Assembly (NCBI RefSeq): GCF_009914755.1
Contig: NC_060934.1
Strand: one strand, 5' to 3'
From: the human T2T-CHM13v2.0 reference genome, Homo sapiens
DNA length: 64,000 bases
Of this stretch, positions 1 through 39,189 are shown in pieces. The translations under genes were made by a program, and so were the position numbers. Below the pieces are notes generated by a model. That model was not told where the DNA came from. It was given only the letters and a program-made list of their open reading frames with translations, and made no database searches. Every line of letters starts with the position of its first letter. Positions within the stretch are counted from its first letter, which is position 1.

Positions 1-1479
1 CCATTTGAGCTTCTGTATGGATGCTACTTTTTATTAGGCCCCAGTCTCATTCCAGACACCAGCCCTCTAGGTGATTATCTTCCAGTCCTCCAGCAGGCTA
101 GACAGGAAATTTGCCAGGCTGCTAATCTTCTCTTGCCTACTCCAGATTCCCAGCCATATGAAGACACCCTAGCTGGACGATCAGTTCTTGTTAAGAATCT
201 GACCCCTCAAACTCTACAACCTTGAGGGGCCAGACCCTACTTAGTCATCTATAGTACCCCAACTGCCGTCTGCCTGCAGGGCCCTCCCCATTAGGTTCAC
301 TGATCCAGAATAAAGCTGTGTCCATCGGACAGCCAGCCTGATCTCTCATCTTCCTCCTGGGAGTTACATGTACTCTCTCCTACTTCCCTTAAACTCACCT
401 GCATTCCTAAAGGATAATAGTAACCCTTATAAGGCTAATACATCCTTTCATTTTTATTAGGTCTCACCTTCCTTACCATACTCTTTATAACAGGGCTTTA
501 CACAGTCACCCCCACTACTTGGACTGCACCCCAAAAATTTGTCATCCTTACTATCTTCCGTCTAGTCATACTCCTATTCACCATTCTCAACTACTTGTAA
601 ATGCCCTGCCCTTGTTTATACTGCCGGTTTACACTTTTCCTCCAAATCATCGTAGCGGATATCTCCTGATACTATCCCCAGTCTGCCACTCTTGACTCCC
701 TCTTGGAGTGGATGGGTGATCTTTGCTGACAGGGCACACTGATACTTCCACCCTGAAGAAGTCCTATTCTTTACTTTTATACTCACTCTTTTTCTCGTTC
801 CTGTTCTTACGCCACCCTCTACCTCTCCCTAGCTATCTCCACCATGCTATCAATCTCACTCCACTCTCTCCTAGCCATTTCTAATCCTTCTTTAACAAAC
901 AATTGCTGGCTTTGCATTTCTCTTTCCTGTGAAATCACCGAGGCCTCGACTTACTCACTGCTAAAAAAACAGGACTCTATATTTTTAAATGAAGAGTGTT
1001 GTTTTTACCTAAATCAATCTGTCCTGGTGTATGACAACATAAAAAATCTCAAGGATAGAGCCCAAAAACTCACCAAGCAAGCAAGTAATTACACTGAACC
1101 CCTTGGGCACTCTCTAATTGGATGTCCTGGGTCCTCCCAATTCTTAGTCCTTTAATACCTGTTTTTTTCCTTCTCTTATTCGGACCTTGTGTCTTCCGTT
1201 TAGTTTCTCAATTCATCCAAAACTGTATCCAGGCCATCACCAATCATTCTATATGACAAATGCTCCTTCTAACAACCCCACAATATCACCTCTTACCATA
1301 AAATCTTCCTTCAGCTTAATCTCTCCCACTCTAGATTCCCACGCCACTCCTAATCCCGCTCGAAGCAGCCCTGAGAAACATTGCCAATTATCTCTCCATA
1401 CCACCCCCCCAAATTTTCTCTGCCCCAACACTTCAACATTATTTTATGGTTTTTTCTTATTAATATAAGAAAACAGGAA
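1..1479 (+). mobile_element. HERV-H internal sequence, 3' part (degenerate pol end, deleted env, polypurine tract)
   Basis: C/T-rich ERV1-type sequence. Env remnants: CWLC motif and EECCFYLNQS in ORF 844-1155, NHRGLDLLTA in another frame from 933. Purine tract AAGAAAACAGGAA lies directly before an LTR7 start. Confidence 0.9.
844..1155 (+). pseudogene. HERV-H env remnant (SU CWLC fused to TM fragment)
   Basis: NNCWLCIS is followed within ~15 nt by the immunosuppressive-domain sequence out of frame, then CCFYLNQS..VYDNIKNLKDRAQKL; most of env is missing. Confidence 0.85.
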
Positions 1480-1913
1480 TGTCAGGCCTCCGAGCCCAAG
1501 CTAAGCCATCTTATCCCCTGTGACCTGCACATATACATCCAGATGGCCTGAAACAAGTGAAGAATCACAAAAGAAGTGAAAATGGCCAGTTCCTGCCTTA
1601 ACTGATGACATTCTACCATTGTAATTTGTTCCTGCCCCACCTTAACTGAGTGATTAACCTTGTGAAATTCCTTCTCCTGGCTCGGAAACTCCCCCACCGA
1701 GCACTTTGTGACCACCGCCCCTGCCCACAAGAGAAAAACCCCCTTTGACTGTAATTTTCCACTACCCACCCAAATCCTTTAAAACGGCCCCACCCCTATC
1801 TTCCTTGCCGACTCCTTTTTCGGACTCAGCCCACCTGCACCCAGGTGAAATAAACAGCTTTATTGCTCACACAAAGCCTGTTTGGTGGTCTCTTGACACG
1901 GAAGCGTGAGATA
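1480..1913 (+). mobile_element. LTR7-family 3' LTR of HERV-H
   Basis: Starts TGTCAGGCCTCCGAGCCCAAGCTAAGCCATC; AATAAA at 1849-1854; ends ...CCTGTTTGGTGGTCTCTTGACACGGAAGCGTGAGA. Confidence 0.92.
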
Positions 1914-2149
1914 CTAGGGTCCTCCCTTACCTGACACCTAGAGCACTCCTGTTGTAACAAGAGTCATCTTGGGTTCAGCATAAATTAATCTTCTTTCATT
2001 TGAGTGGCAAGTAGTTGAATTTATAACTTTTACTTTCACCAAACACAAAAAAGTTCATTTCAACTAATTCTTTGGTCAGATACTAGCCATCCATGCTTAT
2101 AAGAAAAAGGATGGGTAAAGTACTAGGATCTGCATCTAACCTTAGCAGC

Positions 2150-3189
<1,040 letters not shown>

Positions 3190-3425
3190 CCATACTACCC
3201 TTTCTTTAGTGGTGGTCCAGAAAAAGCCCTCTGTTTCATTCTATTAGTTTTCCAGGAGACTTGCCTTTGGACCATATAACCTGGTTGAGGAAACCTGCAG
3301 GATTTAAAAAAAAAATTGTATCTTGATAAGCGAAATTCATGTACTGTTTTGGGTTCTTCAATGTTGCCATTTTCTCTTTTTCTTAAAATGAAGAATAATA
3401 TTGTTGATGAAAAAAGCCAAATTCA

Positions 3426-3683
3426 GGCCAGGCCTGGTGGCTCATGCCTGTAATCCCAGCACTTTTGGAGGCTGAGGTGGGTGGATCACATGAAGTCAGG
3501 AGTTCAAGACCATCCTGGCCAATATGGTGAAACCCTGTCTCTACTAAAAATACAAAAATTAGCTGGATATGGTGGTACGCACCTGTAATCCCAGCTACTC
3601 GAGAGTGCCATTGCACTTCAGCCTGGCTGACAGAGCGAGACTCTGTCTCAAAGGAAAAACAAAACAAAACAAAACAAAAAAAC
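3426..3683 (+). mobile_element. AluS with internal right-arm deletion
   Basis: Alu consensus in which CCAGCTACTC joins directly to GAGAGTGCCATTGCAC; (AAAAC)n tail. Confidence 0.85.
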
Positions 3684-3874
3684 TAAACTCCATAAAATAT
3701 TTGAAGAGATTTATTCTGAGCCAAATGTGAGGACCATGACCCATGACACAGCCTCAGGAGGTCCTGAGAACATGTGCCCCAGGTGGTTGGGTTGCAGCTT
3801 GATTTTATTTATTTTAGGAGATCAGAAATTACAGGTAGACATCAGTCAGTACATTTAGATATACATTGGTTTGG

Positions 3875-6419
<2,545 letters not shown>

Positions 6420-7133
6420 AGATATATATTGGTTTGGTCCAATAAGGCAGGACAATTCAAAGTGAGGCAGGGGTGGGGGGTTCCAGGTCATAGGTGGATT
6501 CAAAAAATTTTCTGACTGATAATTAGTTGAAAGAATTAAGTTGTTACTATTTAAAAGCCCAGAATCAATAGAAAGGAGTGTCTGGGTTAAAATAAGGGGT
6601 TGTGGAAACCAAGGTTCTTATTATGTAGATGAAGCCTCCAGGTAGCAGGTAGCAGAGAGACTAGAAGGTAAATGTCTCTTATCTGACCCAAAAAAGTACC
6701 AGACTCTTAATCCCTCCTGGATCAGAAAAAGACCTGGAAAAGGAAAGGGATTCTCTACAGAATGTATATATTTTCCCCCAAAAGAGACAACTTTGCAGGG
6801 CCATTTCAAAATATGTCAAAGAAACATGTTTTTGGGTAAAATAATTTCTTTCAGGGACTGCTATCTATCATGTGATGCTATACTAGAGTCAGGTTGGAAT
6901 TTGATATCTTAGTGCTACAGAGTCTGTTTTGTCACTCAAGATCTCTGTTTTAATGTTAATGCTGGTCGGTTGTGCCTGAATTCCAAAGGGAAGAGTATAA
7001 TGAGGCATGTCCAAACCACCACTTCACATCATGGCCTGAACTAGCTTGTTAGGTCTACTTTAAAACCCCCTTGGCCAGGAGGAGGGATCCATTCAGTTGG
7101 CTGGGGAGCTTAGAATTTTATTTTTGGTTTACA

Positions 7134-8526
<1,393 letters not shown>

Positions 8527-8880
8527 ATATATATATACACATATATATATATTCTATATATATATAGAATATATATATACACATATATATTCTATATATA
8601 TAGAATATATATATACACATATATATTCTATATATATAGAATATATATATATTCTATATATATAGAATATATATATTCTATATATATAGAATATATATAT
8701 ATTCTATATATATAGAATATATATATATTCTATATATATAGAATATATATATATTCTATATATATATTCTATATATATTCTATATATATTTAGAATATAT
8801 ATATTCTATATATATTTAGAATATATATATTCTATATATATTTAGAATATATATATATTATGTGTGTATGTATATTATAG

Positions 8881-8926
<46 letters not shown>
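8527..8926. repeat. AT-rich palindromic satellite followed by (CA)n
   Basis: Repeated AGAATATATATATATTCT / TATATATA units, then a CA run at ~8893-8926. Confidence 0.95.
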
Positions 8927-10595
<1,669 letters not shown>

Positions 10596-10598
<3 letters not shown>

Positions 10599-10883
10599 TC
10601 ATGGGGGAAGACATCCCCCTTGCTGTCCTCATGATAGTTCTCATGAGATCTGATTGTTTAAAAGTGTGTAGCACTTTCCCCTTCACTTTCTCTCTCCTGC
10701 TCTACCATGTGAAGATGTGCCTGCTTCCCCTTCACCTTCTGCCATGATTGTAAGTTTCCTAAGGCCTCCTCAGCCATGCTTCCTGTACAGCCTGCAGAAC
10801 TGTGAGTCAATTAAACCTCTTTTCTTCAGAAATTACCCAGTCTCGGATAGTTCTTTATAGCAATGTGAGAGAGGACTAATACA
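10596..10883 (+). mobile_element. MST-family LTR, 3' portion
   Basis: GGATCATGGGGG..CCTTCTGCCATGATTGTAAGTTTCCT..CAGAACTGTGAGTCAATTAAACCTCT..GGACTAATACA. Confidence 0.85.
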
Positions 10884-10884
10884 G

Positions 10885-14082
<3,198 letters not shown>

Positions 14083-14366
14083 ATTCCTGTATGCCCAGCA
14101 CTTTGGGAGGCCAAGGCAGGCGGATCACTTGAGCCCAGGAGTTCAAGACAACCTGGGCAACACAGGGAAACCCTGTCTCTACAAAAAATATAAAAATTAG
14201 CTGGGTGTGGTGGCACATGCCAGTAGTCCCAGCTACTCAGGAAGCTGAAGTAAGAGAATTGCTTCAGCCCAGAAGGCAGAGACAGAGGTTGCAGGGAGCC
14301 AAGATCATACCACTACACTCCAGCCTGGGTGACAGAACAAGATGCTGTCTTAAAAAAAAAAAAAAA

Positions 14367-15950
<1,584 letters not shown>

Positions 15951-16647
15951 TAGTTGCAAACCTCAAAACAAAGTTAGCACATCCAGGGTTTCCCAGATGC
16001 ATTTGAACATGAAATTGTTTTTTTCCATAACACATTCTATGAGACTAATATCTTCCCTAGAAAAAGCTGGTCTGGAGCAATGGTCTTCAGACTGTTCCTC
16101 AAAGCTCTAGGGTCCCAGATAGTGGCTCAGTGTTACATGAGGGATGAGAATAAGGCCAACTGGATCCCTAGTTCTTCCACACAACACCTCCACTTTAATC
16201 TGTTTTATGAAGGGGTTCCACCTAAGGATATATGTGTATGTATATATGTACATATACATACATGTTACATATCTTACCTATTTTCTATGTATACTATTAG
16301 CTGAAAATAGGTCTATATTGGAAAAAAGGGTTTGGTTGCTTTTAAAACTGTTTTTGAAAGCTACCAGCCTAGGCTCTAAAGGACCTCTCAGGTTCCAAGC
16401 TACAAGGGCTTGCTAACCTTACCCAAAGTTCATTGCTTTTGCTGCTGATGTCTTTCCAGACTGTCAAAGGGCTGTCCACCTGTTCTGATTTTCCAAGTGG
16501 TGTTGTGGAGGGGGCTCAAAAAGGGATCACTGACAGTAGCTCAACACAGATCAGGCGGCTTAGTCCACAGGCACTTGCCATCTTTGGAATCACAGGCTGA
16601 AAATAGACCATTACATGCCACAAAGTCTTAAATTGCTTCCAACCAGG

Positions 16648-16820
16648 CAGTGTAGTGAAGGGATTAAGAGCATGGATTCCACAGCCAGACTCCCTGGCTT
16701 CAACTCTTGGCTCTGCTGCTAACTAGCTGTGGCCTTGGGCAAGTTTCTTAACACCCTCGTGTCTTAGTTTCCTCATCTTTAAAATGGAAGTGAAGATAAT
16801 AATGTTTGTTAAATAAAACC
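16648..16820 (+). mobile_element. MIR fragment
   Basis: CAGTGTAGTGAAGGGATTAAGAGCATGG..CCTTGGGCAAGTTTCTTAA..TTTCCTCATCTTTAAAATGG. Confidence 0.8.
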
Positions 16821-16826
16821 AATGTG

Positions 16827-19444
<2,618 letters not shown>

Positions 19445-19809
19445 GGATTATACCGATTACCAAGGACTCTTTCCTCCTCCCTTTCCTTTAACCATAATAC
19501 AGAACTCCAGGGTATCTAGACTCCCAGGCCTTGGGTTAGAGCTGTAGAGTAGGGAAGAACCATTGTTTTCTCTTTCTCAGAGCACTGGTCCCCAGGTTTC
19601 TCCTGGATGAAGTGAGCTGCTAAATTTAAACACTCAGGAATCCACAAATACTCTTGGAATTCCAGCTTAGTGAGCTTGTTCAATAATGCTTCCTGTTAAA
19701 CTAACAAAGGGTGATAGCAGAAGAATGCCCAGAGACATTCCATTCCCCTGCGTCCACGGAATTCTGCAGCTCAACTTTCTAGTGTGTTACATTAGAAAGA
19801 AACTTTAGA

Positions 19810-20452
19810 TTGGTGTTTCTCAATTCTGGCTGAACATTAGAATCACCAGGGGAGCCTCTGCAAAATGCCCATGCCCAAGTTGTACCTCACACCAATTAAG
19901 TCAGAATTTTTAGCAGAGGGACCCAGATATTAGCTTTTTTTTTTTTTTTTTTTTGAGACAGAGTCTTGCTCTGTCACCCAGGCTGGAGTACAGAGGCACG
20001 ATTTCTGCTCACTGCAACCTCCACCTCTGGGTTCAACCAATTCCCCTGCCTCAGCCTCCCAAGTAGCTGGGACTACAGGCGCCCACCACCATACTCGGAT
20101 AATTTTTTGTATTTTTCGTAGTTTTTGTATTTTTGTATTTTCGTTTCACTATATTGGTCAGGCTGGTCTCAAACTCCTGACTTTGTGATCCGCTTGCCTT
20201 GTCCTCCCAAAGTGCTGGGATTATAGTCATGAGCCACCACACCAAGCTAATTTTTGTATTTTTAGTAGAGACGGGGTTTCACCATTGTTGACCAGGATGG
20301 TCTCGATCTGTTGACCTCATAATCCACCTGCCTCAACCTCCCAAAGTGCTGGGATTACAGGTGAGAGCCACCGCGTCTGGCCAATATTAGCATTCTTAAA
20401 GCTCCCCAGGTGATTACAAAGTGTAGCCTACTTTGGGAATCACGACTCTAGG
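19810..20452. mobile_element. MER5A-like hAT element interrupted by a compound Alu (19935-20382, -)
   Basis: TTTCTCAATTCTGGCTGAACATTAGAATCACCAGGGGAG..AAAGCTCCCCAGGTGATT..TTTGGGAATCAC; TSD ATATTAGC. Confidence 0.75.
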
Positions 20453-21839
20453 TGATCCAGGGAGAAGGAAAAACAGGCCTTAGGAACTTAAGATTTTTGT
20501 CTAAAGTCATACAGCTGATTAGAGTTTGAGATCTCAATTCAACAAGCTGATGGAAGCAATGGCTAATTTTTGTTGGGCATTTTACTCTGATCCAGAGTAA
20601 GCACTAAGCACTTTACAAACACAATCTTAATTAATTTTCACAATGATCCTATGAGAAAACTGAGGCCCAGAGAGTTTGACTAGTTTGCTGAATGTCAAAG
20701 CAACTAAATAGTGGCAGAGATCGAGTTCAATTGTTTGAGCAGCATGCAGATGACAAGATAGGAATAGTAACCCTGCCCTTAAGGAATGTAGAGTCTAGTG
20801 GGAGGGACAGGAAGCCGGTGAGCCAACAATTAAAACACAATCTGATAAGGGTTACCATAAAATTAAAGGTTGGCTGGGTGTAAACCCAACACTTTGGGAG
20901 GCCGAGGCAGGTGGATCACAAAGTCAGGAGTTCAAGACCAGCCTGGCCAAGATGGTGAAACCCCATCTCTACTAAAAATACAAAAATTAGCCAGGCATGG
21001 TGGCGGGTAGCTGTAATCCCAGCCACTCGGGAGGCTGAGGCAGAGAATTGTTTGAACCCGGGAGGCGGAGGTTGCAGTGAGCCAACATTGCACCACTGCA
21101 CTCCAGCTTGGGCGACAGAGCAAGACTCTGTCTCAAAAATAAATAAATAAATTAAATTAAATTAAATTAAATTAAAGGTTACCAAGGAAGGCACTTAACT
21201 TGTGGAACAGCCAAAGAAGCCTCCCAGAGGAGGAAGTACTTGAAGGAAGCTTTAAAGGTTGAGTGGAACTTAGTTTAGTGAACAGCAAGGTAGGGAGGAA
21301 GTGGGCCTAGCAAGTGGAAAGGTGACTTCGGAGAGCAAGGTGAATGCTTGCAGCTGTGCAGGAAATTCAGAATGACAACGGATTACCTTGTTAGTGAGAG
21401 ATGAGACTGAGGAAGTATGGAGACCAGGTCGTTCAGGTTAAGAAGTTTAAAAGAAAGAAGCATTCCAGGATTACAAAGAGGACAGTGAAAGGATCAACTA
21501 TATACAAGTGTGTATTTAAAAGATTATTGGAGGTTGGGCATGGTGACTCATGCCTATTGCGGCCAGCACTTTGGGAGGTTGAGACAGGCAGATCGCTTGA
21601 GCTTGGGAGTTCAAAAAAAAGGGGCAACATGATGAAATCCCATCTCTACAAAAAGTACAAAAATTAGCTGGGTGTTGTGGCATGCCCCTGTAGTCCTAGC
21701 TACTAGGGAGGCTGAGGTGGGAGGATCACCTGAGCCTGGGGAGGTGGAGCTGCAGTGAGCCATGATCGTGCCACTGCACTCCAGCCTGGGCAACAGAGTG
21801 AGACCCTGTCTCAAAAAAATAAAATAAAATAAAAAGAAA

Positions 21840-24195
<2,356 letters not shown>

Positions 24196-24379
24196 GGTCA
24201 GCTGGGCATGGTGGCTCACACCTGTAATCCCAACACTTTGAGAGGCCAAGGTGGGAGGATCACTTGAGTCCAGGAATTAGAGACCAGCCTGGGCAACATA
24301 GCAAGACCCCATCTCTACAAAAAAGTGAAAAAACAAAACAAAACATAATCCTTGGAGAAAAATAATTGGCAAGAGTGTT

Positions 24380-28856
<4,477 letters not shown>

Positions 28857-28860
<4 letters not shown>

Positions 28861-29062
28861 TAGTTCTTAAACTGTATTCTACACAAAAATCAGCCCCGGT
28901 ATCATTAAAATGCAGGTTCCGAGGTATCAGCAACAGCTGGCTCAGTAGTTCTGGAGCACAGGAATTTGCATTTTCCATTCAGTAGGTCTCGTGCCCAGGA
29001 ATCATGTCCTGAATGATTCTGAAGAAGATGGTCCACAGACTACACTGAGAAACACTGGGCTA
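28857..29062. mobile_element. MER5-like hAT element
   Basis: GCAGTAGTTCTTAAACT..CAGGAATTTGCATTTT..CTACACTGAGAAACACTG termini. Confidence 0.7.
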
Positions 29063-29063
29063 G

Positions 29064-34207
<5,144 letters not shown>

Positions 34208-34311
34208 AAACTGTGGTTCTTTGGTAGAATTTCCTGGTTTTAAAAAAAAAAAAAGTGGGCTCTAGTCTTGCCGGGGACTCGTGGGGTAACTTGTTCTTGG
34301 GAGCCAGCGGT

Positions 34312-34998
34312 ATGGCGTCGGGCTGCAAGATTGGCCCGTCCATCCTCAACAGCGACCTGGCCAATTTAGGGGCCAAGTGCCTCCAGATGCTAGACTCTGG
34401 GGCCGATTATCTGCATCTGGATGTAATGGATGGGCATTTTGTTCCCAACATCACCTTTGGTCACCCTGTGGTAGAAAGCCTTCGAAAGCAGCTAGGCCAG
34501 GACCCTTTCTTTGACATGCACATGATGGTGTCCAAGCCAGAACAGTGGGTAAAGCCAATGGCTGTAGCAGAAGCCAATCAGTACACCTTTCATCTCGAGG
34601 CTACTGAGAACCCAGGGACTTTGATTAAAGACATTCGGGAGAATGGGATGAAGGTTGGCCTTGCCATCAAACCAGGAACCTCAGTTGAGTATTTGGCACC
34701 ATGGGCTAATCAAATAGATATGGCCTTGGTTATGACAGTGGAACCGGGGTTTGGAGAGCAGAAATTCATGGAAGATATGATGCCAAAGGTTCACTGGTTG
34801 AGGACCCAGTTCCCATCTTTGGATATAGAGGGCGATGGTGGAGTAGGTTCTGACACTGTCCATAAGTGTGCAGAGGCAGGAGCTAACATGACTGTATCTG
34901 GCAGTGCTATTATGAGGAGTGAAGACCCCAGATCTGTGATCAACCTATTAAGAAATATTTGCTCAGAAGCTGCTCAGAAACGTTCTCTTGATCGATGA
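34312..34998 (+). CDS. RPEL1: Ribulose-5-phosphate 3-epimerase-like 1 (intact intronless RPE retrogene, 228 aa)
   Basis: MASGCKIGPSIL..LHLDVMDGHFVPNITFG..DMHMM..MTVEPGFG..DGG..VSGSAI..QKRSLDR; RPE family motifs, no stops or frameshifts, metal ligands H35/D37/H70/D175 present. Confidence 0.95.
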   Translation: MASGCKIGPSILNSDLANLGAKCLQMLDSGADYLHLDVMDGHFVPNITFGHPVVESLRKQLGQDPFFDMHMMVSKPEQWVKPMAVAEANQYTFHLEATENPGTLIKDIRENGMKVGLAIKPGTSVEYLAPWANQIDMALVMTVEPGFGEQKFMEDMMPKVHWLRTQFPSLDIEGDGGVGSDTVHKCAEAGANMTVSGSAIMRSEDPRSVINLLRNICSEAAQKRSLDR

Positions 34999-36001
34999 AA
35001 CCATAAGGAGCCCAATGTTTCTGTTCATGAAATCTCCCTTTTACTGGAAAACAGGAATATTGACTACCAAATCATCATGAAATTGAAGCTGTACTGCTTT
35101 TTTGAGCAGTTATTCATTCCAGTGATTAAAACTGATTGTGCAGAATATTCTAAGAGGTCAGAAATTGGTGTGTATAACTACATTTTTAGTGATGCAATTT
35201 AATGATTAGTGAGTAAGATACTGTTTTTATTGAGAGACTTGATTTTTATAAAGAGTAAAAATACGGCTGCATTAAGGTTACAAACAGAAAAGTGTCTTAA
35301 TGCCTAAGGAGGGCATATTAGCTACACTACAAAAACAAATTTTGTCTGTACTTCTGAAAAGAATTTTGTTGTTTCTCAGCTGTTTTCCAAAAGCAAAGGA
35401 AGTCTTTATGGCTTTTTTCTATTTCATGTTATTTGTGATTTGTTTATAAGTTTGGGTGGGATGGCATACCATATTCTTGGTTCTTAAAATCTATCACTTT
35501 TCACCTTACACTTAATGTGTAAAAACTATAAAAACAATGCGTGAAACCCAGGGGTTCTAAAATACAAGCATAGATTTTATCAGGGTGTTTTTGTCAAAGC
35601 AGGTTATTCAGTGATTCCTCCCCACCATTCTTAAGGACGTTAAATAATGCTGTTGTGTTAGCTCTGAGTAGAAAGGAAAAAGTAAAAACCTCTGTATGGA
35701 AGTAATATTGGGTTGAATTCTGACTGCCCTTTTCTAGCTGGACCTTTAACAAATCACCCAGTCTTTTTTGTGTTTCTCTGAAGTCATTTATACATTAAAT
35801 GTAATTATAACAACTGTGGGGTTGTGTTGAGAATTAAGAGGTAACACTATATATGTAAAGTTTCTAGTACTAGTCCCAGAATTTAGAATATGCTCAATAC
35901 AAAGTAGATAGCATTATATAAGTTTATATTTTTGTGAGTTATAAAGTACTTTGATATATTCTCATTAAATCTGTAAATCACCTCTATAAGTAAGTGGTAA
36001 T

Positions 36002-36007
36002 AATAAA
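36002..36007 (+). terminator. Polyadenylation signal of RPEL1
   Basis: AATAAA 22 nt upstream of the A tract. Confidence 0.85.
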
Positions 36008-36538
36008 GCAGATATTTTTGTCCCCATTTAAAAAAAAAAAAAAGTGTTCCCTAACAGTTTCCAGAGCACGAGCTGAAGGGATTGACGGGCTCCTCAAAGG
36101 CTATACACTTTTCATGGCCTTGTCTCTTCCAGGTACAGTGCTGGCTACTTTTACATATATGTTGTCAACAAATCCTCAGGATAATTCTAAGGCAATTCTA
36201 CTGCAAATGAGATACTATCTTAATTTACAGTTGACAAAAACTGAGTCTCAGGAAGGTTGCCTGACCTGCTCAAGGTCATATAGCTAGTAAGGGTGCAGTA
36301 TAGGTTCGAACCCACCTGCCTGATTACGTCTCCCATGCCAACTCCTATCCATTGGTAGCACCTGCCTGAAACAGTGACTTGAGAAAGAATTCCTAGGTTT
36401 TGAATTCTTAATTATTGAATTAAGAGGGTAAAGTGCCAGGTTTGATTAGTTGTGGCTGCCATGAGTGAGGAATGGTGAGTGGTGATGTACAAGCCTGGTA
36501 TTTGCCATTTTCCCATTACCCCATGCCAGATAGTTCTA

Positions 36539-38762
<2,224 letters not shown>

Positions 38763-39189
38763 TTCTACTTTTCAAAACAAAACCACCTTGACCACCCATG
38801 TGCCAGGTTAGCAGAAAGTCCAATATCCCTTCTCCTCCTCTTGAGCTGTCCAACATCCCTGGTGTTTACTCCATCCAAGGGGCCAGCTTTGTTTCCAAGT
38901 GCTTGAAGGACAGAGAACTGAAGACACATTTCCACTCATCAGAGAATCTGTTTTGGGGAACCACTGCTGCCGTCATTGCCACATGTGTGGCTGATGAACA
39001 CCCTGTCTGCACAGCCTGACATGCCCCTTCCCCTGCTGCAGGGACCCTGCTGCTCTGGATGTCTGTGATGTTCAATGCTAGGCTCCTAAGGTCACCCTCA
39101 CATGCTTGGCCATTTTTCCTGGGGTTAGGTGGCAATGACTGGGTCAGAAGGTTTCCAGCCTCAGCATATGTTGTGCCAGAACTCCCTGC

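Larger units (their letters stand above)
34258..36043 (+). other. RPEL1: Extent of RPE retrocopy (5'UTR, CDS, ~1 kb 3'UTR, polyA)
   Basis: TSD A13-GTG at 34242-34257 and A14-GTG at 36030-36046, each after a T run (L1 endonuclease-type site). Confidence 0.9.

Noticed and set aside
34255-34311. 19-aa N-terminal extension of RPEL1 from a GTG
   Set aside because: The GTG belongs to the TSD and the rest is copied 5'UTR; the family start is the ATG at 34312.
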